From an uncultured Methanomassiliicoccales archaeon (GTDB taxonomy: Archaea; Thermoplasmatota; Thermoplasmata; Methanomassiliicoccales; UBA472), in contig OW818644.1 of the NCBI GenBank assembly GCA_942492955.1, forward strand, positions 962,327-1,026,326: a stretch of DNA of 64,000 nucleotides, written 5' to 3'. The translations under genes were made by a program, and so were the position numbers. Every line of letters begins with the position of its first letter. Position 1 is the stretch's first letter. Of the stretch, positions 36,563-44,746 are shown in pieces. Under the pieces are notes generated by a model. The model was not told the origin of the DNA, searched no databases, and worked only from the letters and a program-made list of their open reading frames with translations.

Positions 36563-38820
36563 TCGTCTTCCACGGTCTTGTCCTCGTCGATCTGCTTCTT
36601 GACCACGTGCTTGTAGACAAGCACCGGGCACTTGGCGTTGGTGACGATCTTGTCCTGCAGCGGGCCGAAGTCGAAGGCCTCCCAGCGCTTGGCCGCACTG
36701 GATCCCATCACGAGCAGGTCGTAGTCCATCGACTCCCCGATGACCCCGCCGATGATCGTTTCTGGACGTATCTCCTTGGTCAGGACCGGGACGCCTTCCG
36801 CCTCGAGTATGCCCGTGAGGCGCTTGGAATACTCCCTCGCCTTCTCCAGGTACTTCTCGTCCACTATGACGTTCAGTATGGTGACGCGCGCGCCCTGCTT
36901 CCGGGCTATCATGGCCGCGACCTCGGTGGCGGCGCTGACATGCCATAACCCTCCGGAAAGGATCAGGATGCGAAGCGGCTTGAGCTTCTCGTCCGACTTG
37001 ATGAACAGAACATCGCACGGGGTGAGACGCAGTATCAGGTCCATCTTGCGGCCCAGGATGCGCTTCTGCGTGTGCGTGTATCCCTTCCAGCCGATGATGA
37101 TCATGTTGGCCGATTCTTCCTTCGCGGTGTCGATGACGGCGGTGACCACGTCGTGGGAGACGGAGACGAGGGCACGGGTCACGATACCGTTCGCCTCGGC
37201 ATGCTGCTTCAGCTTCTCCAGCATCTTCTTCCGGTCGTCGATCAGTTTCCGGTCCACGTCGCTGATGGGAACGCTGCTAGGGACCTCGACCACGCTCAGT
37301 AGCAGCAGTTCGCCATTGTGGTCCGAAGCGACCATGCAGCCCAGATCGATCGCCGCGATGTTCCTCGGGTCATCGATCGGGATGAGTACACGGTATCTTT
37401 CCAGCTCCTCCTCCGAGAGAGGGGCGCGTGCCGGGATCGGTACCTTCTCGATCTCCTTCTTGCCCTTGGCGAAGTAGTGGATCAACAGCCCGACGTTGAT
37501 GATGGCGAACGCCATGTACCAGGCGAATGGCTCGTAGAAGAACAGGGTGACCGCCAATATCAGCTTGGTGGCGATGCCGATCAATGGTATGATCGGGAAC
37601 CATGGCGTGATGAAATGCCTTTTGACGTCCGGCCTGTTCCGCCTCAGGGTTATGGCCGAAATGTTGACCAGTGTGAAAAGCAGCAGTATTAGGATGTCGG
37701 CGACGGAGGCCACCTGGTTCAGTGGAAGCAGCACGACCATGCCGATGATGATGGCACCGCTCAAAAGCAGTGCCGCCACCGGGGTTTGTTTCTTCTTGTG
37801 AAGCTTCCCGAAGGTCGACGGGAGGTTACCATCACGGCCCATGGCGAACGAGACCCTGGATGCTGAGAATACGATGGAGTTGACCGCTGCTATCGAACCG
37901 ACAATGATGCCGAAGGCTATCAGAACGGCTCCGATGTAAGGCACCGATATCGCAGCCGTGTAGGATATCGCCTGCGACCCATCGCCACCGGCGGCGGCCA
38001 AAGGTTCCCATCCCGACACTCCGATCGCCACGACGGCCGTAGCTATGAACAGGATCGCGCTGATCGCGATGCAAAGGAACATCGCCCTGGGCACGGTCTT
38101 CTCCGGATTCTTGGCCTCCTCACCGGTCTGGGCCACGACCTCGTAGCCCTCGAACACCATGAACGTGAATCCCATGGAAATGAAGATGGACAGCGTTCCT
38201 TTGGGGATCAATGGCGTGAAGTTGCTGCCAGTGCTGGGGTGTGTGAACATGAAGTAGGCCGAGAACACCAGGAAGATCATGATCACGCCCATGAGGATGA
38301 ACGAAACCAGTATCTCTATCCGGCCAGCGCCTTTGATGCCGCGGTAGTTGAGGTAGATGAAGACGAGGGCGATGAAAACGGCCGCGAGCTTGGACACGAT
38401 GTCCGGGTCCATGCCGAAGAATGTCAGCCCGTAAAGGTTCATGAAAATGTTGACGCCGACGCCGAAACCGAGCGAGTACACCGAGCAGGCGATACAATGT
38501 CCCACCCAGGACATCCATCCCCCGAGGAAACCGAACGGAGGGAAAAGCCCTTCCTTGATCCATAGGTAACCGCCACCCGTCTCGGGAAAGGCCGAAGCGA
38601 GCTCGGCGTATGCCATGGCGGTGAAGATCGTGACGAAGAAGTTCAGAACGAAAGCGAGAATGATCGCCGGACCGGCTATGCCCGCCGCGGCGCCTATGAG
38701 GATGAAGATCGTCGATCCAATATTCGGTCCGATACCGATCATGAGAACTTCTAGTAGGCCAAGGTCCCTCCGAAGGGTAACCTCCACCTCGCCAGACTTC
38801 GTCTCGACCGGCTCAGACAT
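36559..38820 (-). CDS. APC-superfamily amino acid/polyamine permease fused to two C-terminal universal-stress-protein domains
   Basis: About 12 TM segments in the N-terminal ~470 aa, then two USP-like modules (RVLIPIDDPRN... and RILILSGGLWHVSAATE...CPVLVYK). A TATA-like GATTAATAAAC lies about 28 nt upstream. Confidence 0.8.
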   Translation of the reverse strand: MSEPVETKSGEVEVTLRRDLGLLEVLMIGIGPNIGSTIFILIGAAAGIAGPAIILAFVLNFFVTIFTAMAYAELASAFPETGGGYLWIKEGLFPPFGFLGGWMSWVGHCIACSVYSLGFGVGVNIFMNLYGLTFFGMDPDIVSKLAAVFIALVFIYLNYRGIKGAGRIEILVSFILMGVIMIFLVFSAYFMFTHPSTGSNFTPLIPKGTLSIFISMGFTFMVFEGYEVVAQTGEEAKNPEKTVPRAMFLCIAISAILFIATAVVAIGVSGWEPLAAAGGDGSQAISYTAAISVPYIGAVLIAFGIIVGSIAAVNSIVFSASRVSFAMGRDGNLPSTFGKLHKKKQTPVAALLLSGAIIIGMVVLLPLNQVASVADILILLLFTLVNISAITLRRNRPDVKRHFITPWFPIIPLIGIATKLILAVTLFFYEPFAWYMAFAIINVGLLIHYFAKGKKEIEKVPIPARAPLSEEELERYRVLIPIDDPRNIAAIDLGCMVASDHNGELLLLSVVEVPSSVPISDVDRKLIDDRKKMLEKLKQHAEANGIVTRALVSVSHDVVTAVIDTAKEESANMIIIGWKGYTHTQKRILGRKMDLILRLTPCDVLFIKSDEKLKPLRILILSGGLWHVSAATEVAAMIARKQGARVTILNVIVDEKYLEKAREYSKRLTGILEAEGVPVLTKEIRPETIIGGVIGESMDYDLLVMGSSAAKRWEAFDFGPLQDKIVTNAKCPVLVYKHVVKKQIDEDKTVEDD

Positions 38821-38997
38821 CCTTAGGCCTTAATGGGTCAGGTTTATTAATCCTTTCCATGCACCAGACATGTGGCACGTTGCTGGATGTGTCGCGCATG
38901 GTACGGTACCAGATGAGGCGTTGTCATACTTTTGAGGGAACCGATCAATGCATAGAGAGGAGTTGAATTCTCATCGGAAAGAATATTGACACTAGTT

Positions 38998-39042
38998 TAT
39001 CCAACTGATTCCGATAATGCCTGAGTGGTTTTTGGATGATGT
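38998..39042. promoter_or_regulatory. Third, permuted copy of the B12-locus motif: ATCCAACTGATTCC (38999-39012), 19 nt, then TTGGATGAT (39032-39040)
   Basis: The first block is identical to 14 nt of the btuF site (13017-13030). The half-sites face outward instead of inward. Located just upstream of a small ORF, next to the cobalt transporter locus. Confidence 0.4.
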
Positions 39043-39095
39043 CAAAATATCCGAAAGTATTTCAATATGCCACTCGAATTATAATTGTGGGGGTC

Positions 39096-39449
39096 ATGAT
39101 GCAAACAGTAACTAAGCGTGAGAGCACTGGAATGTCCTTCGATATTTTGAAGGCGACATTGGGCCAGAACGTGGAACTGTTCGGACACGTGACATTGGTG
39201 GAAGGGTATGATCTACCTGGCTATACCGGATGTCACGCGCTCGTTTCGCTCCGGGACACACCCGGCAAGACGGTCGCTGTATTGACATCGCAGATCAGGC
39301 TGCAGTCCCTATTGGAGACCGCACTCGCGACAGGGAACTTGATCGCCTTTTGGGGCACCAAATACGCTGTTCCCCCAACGCCGGCCGGAGGCACTTGGAG
39401 CGTCGAAGTGTACGGCATCACAGGCATCATCCTGTATAACGTAAAGTGA
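39096..39449 (+). CDS. Hypothetical small protein (start uncertain: 39036, 39096 or 39132)
   Basis: ORF with coding-like composition. GGGGGT Shine-Dalgarno-like sequence before ATG 39096. I recognise no family. Confidence 0.4.
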   Translation: MMQTVTKRESTGMSFDILKATLGQNVELFGHVTLVEGYDLPGYTGCHALVSLRDTPGKTVAVLTSQIRLQSLLETALATGNLIAFWGTKYAVPPTPAGGTWSVEVYGITGIILYNVK

Positions 39450-39527
39450 ATCGAAGCGATCGGTGGACGGTCTGGCGGGACCTAAATCGTTACAGACATG
39501 GTCATTTCTTTTAAGTCATGACCCGAC

Positions 39528-40685
39528 CTAACCCGTCTCCGGTCTGATGTCGATCCCGTAGTCCCGTTGGAACTTTTCCAATCTGGAACCGATCAATGGA
39601 AATAGCGCACGTTCCGCGAAGATGGTGGCGTTCTTCCCTACGATCACGTCATGGATGCAGTTCTCCAAAGCATCGAAACCGTAATCCGCGCCGATGCATC
39701 GTTCCTTCATCAGGCGCCTCGCCACCGCACCGTATATCCCGGTCACCGAATGCCGGTTCATGATGTCCGGTTGCATTGCTCCCGGTCGATCGGGGAGCTC
39801 CTCGGCTGGGAAGAGACGCAAGCTTCCCCGCAACGCCCCGTAAGGGGCGAACTTCTGCGCCAGCTCCAGCGTCGTCCTGGGATAGGGCTTCAATGGCCGC
39901 ACCGAACGGTCCGAGAGCTCCCGGTTCATCTCGAACATCATCGGCACCGACAGGCCCAGTCGCCTTACCTGACCGGCATCGGCAAAGAACCCGTTCGGGT
40001 CGCCGGAATAGATCATCCTTCCCCGGTCCAGCACCCGGATCTCGTCCGCCCAGCCGTAAGCCGTCTCCACATCATGGGTGGACATGATGACCGTCAGGCC
40101 CTTGAAGTTCAGCTCGTCCGCCAGCTCCAGCAGCTCGTGCACCATCTGCGCGTCCAGGCCGGCCGTCGGCTCGTCCATGACCAGCACCTTGGGTTTCATG
40201 GCCAGCGCCCCCGCCAACGATACCCTCTTCCGCTGACCGAAGGAAAGCTGCTGGGTAGGTCTGTCCCTATGCTGAGCCATGCCGACGAACGAAAGGGATT
40301 CGGCCACGCGCAGTTCGACCTCGTCCCGGGGCAAGCCCAAGTTCATGGGTCCGAAGGCGACATCCTCCTCCACCGTGGCGGAGAATATCTGGTCATCCGG
40401 GTTCTGCAGAACGACCGCGACATTAGAACGGAGTGAATCCAGGTCCTTACGGTGATAAGTGATCTCCTTGCCCTCGAACGATACCGTTCCGGCCTTCGGC
40501 TTGAATATCCCATTGAACTGAAGGAACAGCGTGGACTTGCCGGCACCGTTAGGTCCCAGTAGGACCGTCTTCTTGCCCTTCGGGATGGTCATGCTGATCT
40601 CGTCCAGCGCCACTACCTTATTGGCGTAGGAATAGGTCAGGCCCTTTGTTTCGATAATCGCTTCATCGGACATTTTAATCACCAT
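39528..40685 (-). CDS. cbiO: ECF/CbiO-type cobalt transport ATPase with a ~125-aa C-terminal extension of unknown function
   Basis: Walker A GPNGAGKST, signature LSFGQRKR, Walker B LVMDEPTAGLD. Start at ATG 40685 (ATGGTGA overlap with the cbiMNQ stop) or ATG 40673. The 468-aa track ORF's N-terminus overlaps cbiQ out of frame. Confidence 0.85.
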   Translation of the reverse strand: MVIKMSDEAIIETKGLTYSYANKVVALDEISMTIPKGKKTVLLGPNGAGKSTLFLQFNGIFKPKAGTVSFEGKEITYHRKDLDSLRSNVAVVLQNPDDQIFSATVEEDVAFGPMNLGLPRDEVELRVAESLSFVGMAQHRDRPTQQLSFGQRKRVSLAGALAMKPKVLVMDEPTAGLDAQMVHELLELADELNFKGLTVIMSTHDVETAYGWADEIRVLDRGRMIYSGDPNGFFADAGQVRRLGLSVPMMFEMNRELSDRSVRPLKPYPRTTLELAQKFAPYGALRGSLRLFPAEELPDRPGAMQPDIMNRHSVTGIYGAVARRLMKERCIGADYGFDALENCIHDVIVGKNATIFAERALFPLIGSRLEKFQRDYGIDIRPETG

Positions 40686-42424
40686 ATCTTGAAGGAACCG
40701 AACACGGCGGAATTCAGCAGAAATAGTGCCATGAACACCAGCAACGGCATCAGCATCCACACGAAGGTCACCCTGGCCGGCGGCCGGAACGAATGGAACC
40801 GGCCTTGGAAACCGCGGCACTCCAGCGCCACCTGGGAACGGTCGGCCACCTCCATCGACCGGGTGAACAGACCGACCGCCAGCTTCCCGGATGTGCGGAA
40901 CTTGTTGCGGAGCCCCCTGAACCCGAGACGGCACTGGGCGGCAACGTACATCGTGCCCAGCAGCTCGATCAGCAAGAACGAATACCTATAGATCAGGACC
41001 ACCAACTCGGATATCTCTTTTGGGAGATGTAACTGTTCCATCGCCTCTGAGAGGTGCGGTATCGGCGTAGACGTGGCGAAGAACAGCATCACGGACATTC
41101 CGGCCAGAGCCCTCATGAACACCAGCAGTCCAAGGTTCATCCCTCCGTCTGTCAAGTTCAGATTGAGCCCGAGCAGATCGACCGAGAACAACGTCGTGCC
41201 GGGCGTGATCAAAGCGATGACCAGTGAGCCCATTGCCAGGACCGCCAACCCGTTCAGTAACGCCAGCAGGACGACATGGGGAAACCGGAAGCGGGTAGAG
41301 TATGCAAGTAGCGCCGTCCCCCCTATCAATACCAATCCGGGCACGACGACCGAGGTGGCGAATATGGAGGCGAAAAGCATGGCCAGGGCGAGGAACAACT
41401 TGCCCAGTGGAGGCCAGCGCCTCATCGGCGAGGCGAAGGCGATCTCATCCAATGAGATAGGTCCCCCTGTCACCGGATTCGCAGTAGCCTTCACCTTCTT
41501 CCTCCGAAGCCGGTGCACGACGTATCCGATTATCGCCAGACCGATCAAACCCTGGACCATGAACAATCCTATCTCCAGCGATGCAGATGGTGTCCAGATG
41601 CTATTGAACCAGGGCTGGTAGTCGGGAACGATGCCTTGGATAAGCTCGCCTCCCTTGTCGTCCGCCCCCACCAGGTCCGATGCCAGGTTGAAGGCATATG
41701 CGATAACGATGATCGAGATGATCGCGATCAGCCCCGCCAGGTAGATGATCTTGGTCCTCCTCGTTTCGTTGCGTACCACGTCACACCCCTCTACGATCTC
41801 TGGCCGGCTCCGGCTGAGGAAATCGAAGAAGACCACGATGAGAACACCTTCCGCAATGGCCAGGGGTATCTGCGTGATGGCAAAAACCGCCAGGAACGCT
41901 TCGAGCGAAACCAAAACGCTTCCACCTGATGGATAGGCCAACGCCAGCTGGAACGATGTCACGACATATGTCGCTATGTCCGCCAGGAAGGCGGCGATGA
42001 ACACCGAGGCGGCGATCGGGGCCTTGACCCGGCGCAGCCCCCTGAACACGAAGTACGCGAAGAATGGGCCGGCGATACCCATCGAAAAGACGTTCGCACC
42101 GAGGGTGGTTATCCCGCCGTGCGCCAACAGCACCGCTTGGAAGACCAACACGATGGTGGCCAGGACGGCAGTGATGGCCGGTCCGTAGAGTATGGTGGAA
42201 AGCCCGGTCCCGGTCGGATGGGAGGAGGAACCGCCGATCGAGGGCAGCTTGAGCGAAGAAAGGACGAAAACGAAAGCGCCGGAGACGGCGAGGATCAGCT
42301 TCTGTTCCGGGTGCTCCCTGAAGATGATCTTGATCTTCCTCACTCCCCAGATCACGAAGGGAATGGAGACGAGGAACCAGAACAGGCACCAGAGGGGCGG
42401 AAGGAAACCTTCCATTATGTGCAT
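40679..42424 (-). CDS. cbiMNQ: Single-ORF fusion of the cobalt ECF components CbiM, CbiN and CbiQ
   Basis: The N-terminus MHIMEGFLP is CbiM-typical. The middle region has the CbiN pattern VGADDKGGELIQGIVPDYQPWF. The C-terminal ~260 aa is a CbiQ-like T component (LRNKFRTSGKLAVGLFTRSMEVADRSQVALECRGF). Confidence 0.8.
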   Translation of the reverse strand: MHIMEGFLPPLWCLFWFLVSIPFVIWGVRKIKIIFREHPEQKLILAVSGAFVFVLSSLKLPSIGGSSSHPTGTGLSTILYGPAITAVLATIVLVFQAVLLAHGGITTLGANVFSMGIAGPFFAYFVFRGLRRVKAPIAASVFIAAFLADIATYVVTSFQLALAYPSGGSVLVSLEAFLAVFAITQIPLAIAEGVLIVVFFDFLSRSRPEIVEGCDVVRNETRRTKIIYLAGLIAIISIIVIAYAFNLASDLVGADDKGGELIQGIVPDYQPWFNSIWTPSASLEIGLFMVQGLIGLAIIGYVVHRLRRKKVKATANPVTGGPISLDEIAFASPMRRWPPLGKLFLALAMLFASIFATSVVVPGLVLIGGTALLAYSTRFRFPHVVLLALLNGLAVLAMGSLVIALITPGTTLFSVDLLGLNLNLTDGGMNLGLLVFMRALAGMSVMLFFATSTPIPHLSEAMEQLHLPKEISELVVLIYRYSFLLIELLGTMYVAAQCRLGFRGLRNKFRTSGKLAVGLFTRSMEVADRSQVALECRGFQGRFHSFRPPARVTFVWMLMPLLVFMALFLLNSAVFGSFKIW

Positions 42425-42795
42425 TTTCGCTCACACTCCGGGCAGACCCCGCGGAGGTGCAGCTCCCACCTCTCAACCTTCATTCCGGTCTTGCGGGAGA
42501 GATCCAGCACGTTCAGGTCGAATGGCACCGAATAGAGCTTGTGACAGACCGAGCATTCGAAATGAGCGTTGGAGAAGGGGTGTTTCACGAAAACCGTTGA
42601 AGAGCCCATCCTCGATTCCGATATCAAACCTTCGAGCACCAGCTTGTTGAGGTTCCGGTAGACCGTCCCCAGGCTGACGTTCGGCAAACGCTCCTTGGCC
42701 ATCCAGTATGCATGCTCAGCGGTGATGGGGGAGTCGCTGTTGTAGACGATGTCCACGATGACCTTCAGCTGCTTCGTCCATCGTGCTTTGGGCAT
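42415..42795 (-). CDS. fur: Fur-family metal-responsive transcriptional regulator
   Basis: Winged-helix region with LGTVYRNLNKLVLEGL, plus CxxC pairs (CSVCHK, CPECERKC). 10-nt overlap with the cbiM start. Start placed at ATG 42795. Confidence 0.8.
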   Translation of the reverse strand: MPKARWTKQLKVIVDIVYNSDSPITAEHAYWMAKERLPNVSLGTVYRNLNKLVLEGLISESRMGSSTVFVKHPFSNAHFECSVCHKLYSVPFDLNVLDLSRKTGMKVERWELHLRGVCPECERKCT

Positions 42796-42798
42796 ATC

Positions 42799-42817
42799 AG
42801 TAATGATTATCATTATC
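42799..42817 (-). promoter_or_regulatory. Fur-box-like operator (GATAATGATAATCATTACT on the gene strand), between a TATA-like AATAAATAA (42821-42829) and the fur start codon
   Basis: Matches the classical 19-bp Fur box consensus GATAATGATAATCATTATC at 17/19 positions (my count). Ends 3 nt upstream of ATG 42795. Confidence 0.6.
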
Positions 42818-42923
42818 AAGTTATTTATTGCTATTCCGCACTGGATGGATGCATTAACGGGGCTAAATGACAATAAAAATCGTAGTGAAAAAGAGGCCGG
42901 ACGGTCCGATAGCGCGATCGCGA

Positions 42924-43727
42924 TCAGGGTGCCTTTGGCTTGAACGCCTTGCGTTTGACGACCACGTATAACGCTATGATCGCCAGCTGGAACGCGATGA
43001 CCGCAAATATCAATGCGAACACAGACAGGAGTCCGCTGTTATCGTTGATGTCCTTGGGCGGAGTGGTCACGACCACACTGTCGCTCCAGCCTGATTCGCT
43101 AACGTTGGTCACCGCCTTCACGTTGTAAGTGAGTACAGCCCCGGAACCGGCCTGATCATCGTGGAGCGAGGTGACGGGGACCTCGGTGCCGCTGACCCCG
43201 ACCTCGAATTGGGTCGATTCGCCCGACGCGGCCTGCCGCCTCACCACATACTTGGTGATGTTGTCGCCTCCGTCCGACGCGGGTGTGTTCCAGGAGATAT
43301 CCACATAGTCGCCCCCGCCCACTGCCCTGAGACCGGTCGGCACACTTGGATAGGCACCTGGCACGAGGGTGACCTTGTCGCTGGAATTGCCGGTCCCGAC
43401 GGTGTTCTCCGCAATTATCCAGTATGTGACGTTTACTGCCAACGACGGCATCGGATCATTGTACTCCCGCTCCGTGGCGTTGAGCTTCACCGCCAATTCG
43501 GAACCGTTTCCGTTGATCTGCCGGTAGACGTTATAATAGGAAATCCCGGGACCGGTCTGGTTCGGCTCTTGCCACCAGATGTGAGCGATGCCGTTCCAGT
43601 TGGAAGCACTGAACCCGATCGGCTCGGATGGTACCACCTGGACGTCCGCCCCCGAGGCCAAGGGCATTGCTGAGACTAGTGTTATCTGGAGGATCACGAG
43701 AACAATTAGGATGCGGTTCGATCTCAT
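42924..43727 (-). CDS. Secreted, C-terminally membrane-anchored protein with two fibronectin-type-III-like domains
   Basis: Signal peptide MRSNRILIVLVILQITLVSAMPLASG. FN3-like blocks (P..P.GF.A....I.I.W..P...G..I..Y.VYR) occur twice. C-terminal TM segment followed by a basic tail. Confidence 0.65.
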   Translation of the reverse strand: MRSNRILIVLVILQITLVSAMPLASGADVQVVPSEPIGFSASNWNGIAHIWWQEPNQTGPGISYYNVYRQINGNGSELAVKLNATEREYNDPMPSLAVNVTYWIIAENTVGTGNSSDKVTLVPGAYPSVPTGLRAVGGGDYVDISWNTPASDGGDNITKYVVRRQAASGESTQFEVGVSGTEVPVTSLHDDQAGSGAVLTYNVKAVTNVSESGWSDSVVVTTPPKDINDNSGLLSVFALIFAVIAFQLAIIALYVVVKRKAFKPKAP

Positions 43728-43769
43728 TAGGCTCTGCTCCGGCTGTCAAGGTTATTTTAACACGGTAAA

Positions 43770-44225
43770 TCAAACTTTGCCTGTTTCGATGAGCGTCTTC
43801 CGCATGAGGAAATTATTCCCTTTCCGGCACACCTTCCGATAACCTAGGTGCCGGTAGAAGCGCAATGCCGCCTCATTGGTCATCTGGACCACCAGTTCGA
43901 CACCTTCATAACCGGCATCCATCGCCTTCGCCTCTACGTGCCGCATGATCTCTGTCCCGAAACCGCGATGCTGCAGGTCCTTCCATAGCTGTATCGACGT
44001 GACGAAAAGATAACGGTCGACAACTTCGAGCGAGACGTATCCGGCAAGATCGCCCTCGTGCATCGCCACTTCTGTGTCCACGTCCTTGGACATGAGCCAT
44101 TCCAGCAACGGTTCGTCACGCCATTCCAACCCCCAGGCCGAGCGGATGATGCTTGACATATTGTCCCGGCTCATCTTGACCAGCGCAGGGATGTCACTGC
44201 GGTTCATTCGCCGGAATTGTATCAT
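43770..44225 (-). CDS. GNAT-family N-acetyltransferase
   Basis: Acetyl-CoA motif LQHRGFGTEIMRHVEAKA plus NEAALRFYRHLGY. Start at MIQFRRMNRSD; the track ORF extends to 44273. Confidence 0.8.
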   Translation of the reverse strand: MIQFRRMNRSDIPALVKMSRDNMSSIIRSAWGLEWRDEPLLEWLMSKDVDTEVAMHEGDLAGYVSLEVVDRYLFVTSIQLWKDLQHRGFGTEIMRHVEAKAMDAGYEGVELVVQMTNEAALRFYRHLGYRKVCRKGNNFLMRKTLIETGKV

Positions 44226-44348
44226 CGGCCATCGTAGACTGGCCTCAATTGAAATAGTCTTCGGCTCTCCCAATGGTCGCGTCCCTCGGACAAAAACGAA
44301 GGATTAGCACAGACATTAAATATCTGGTGGAATTTGGATACCCACTAG

Positions 44349-44678
44349 GTGAAAGACATGGTGGAAGTCACTGAAGAGGCCACTAAATACATCAAGGACC
44401 TGATCGCGAAGAACAGCAAGCAGGGATTCGGGATCAGAATATACCTTTCAGGAATGGGCTGCTCTGGCCCGCAATTCGGAATGTCCTTCCAGGACAAAGC
44501 CAAGGAGGGCGACCTGGAGCAGAAGGCGGACGAGTTCTCGTTGTACTACGACAAGGAGACAAAGGAGGTCCTCGACTCCTGCACGGTGGACTTCATCGAG
44601 ACCCCGTACGGATCCGGGCTCATCGTCCATAACCCGAACATGGCGGGATGCAGCTCCTGCGGCGGCGGATGCCATTAA
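44349..44678 (+). CDS. HesB/IscA-family iron-sulfur cluster insertion protein
   Basis: GIRIYLSGMGCSGPQFGMSF and C-terminal CSSCGGGC. A TATA-like CATTAAATAT about 27 nt upstream of GTG 44349; ATG 44358 is an alternative start. Confidence 0.75.
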   Translation: MKDMVEVTEEATKYIKDLIAKNSKQGFGIRIYLSGMGCSGPQFGMSFQDKAKEGDLEQKADEFSLYYDKETKEVLDSCTVDFIETPYGSGLIVHNPNMAGCSSCGGGCH

Positions 44679-44746
44679 AGGTATAGAAACCATCAACCAT
44701 TTTCGGGGCTCCGCCCCAAATCCTATTCTAATAAGACCCTAATCTC

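Noticed and set aside
36155-37018. 287-aa minus-strand ORF and several plus-strand ORFs across 36.6-38.6 kb.
   Set aside because: They overlap the DHH gene and the APC-USP permease in alternative frames. They have Arg/Gly/Pro-rich composition and no motifs.
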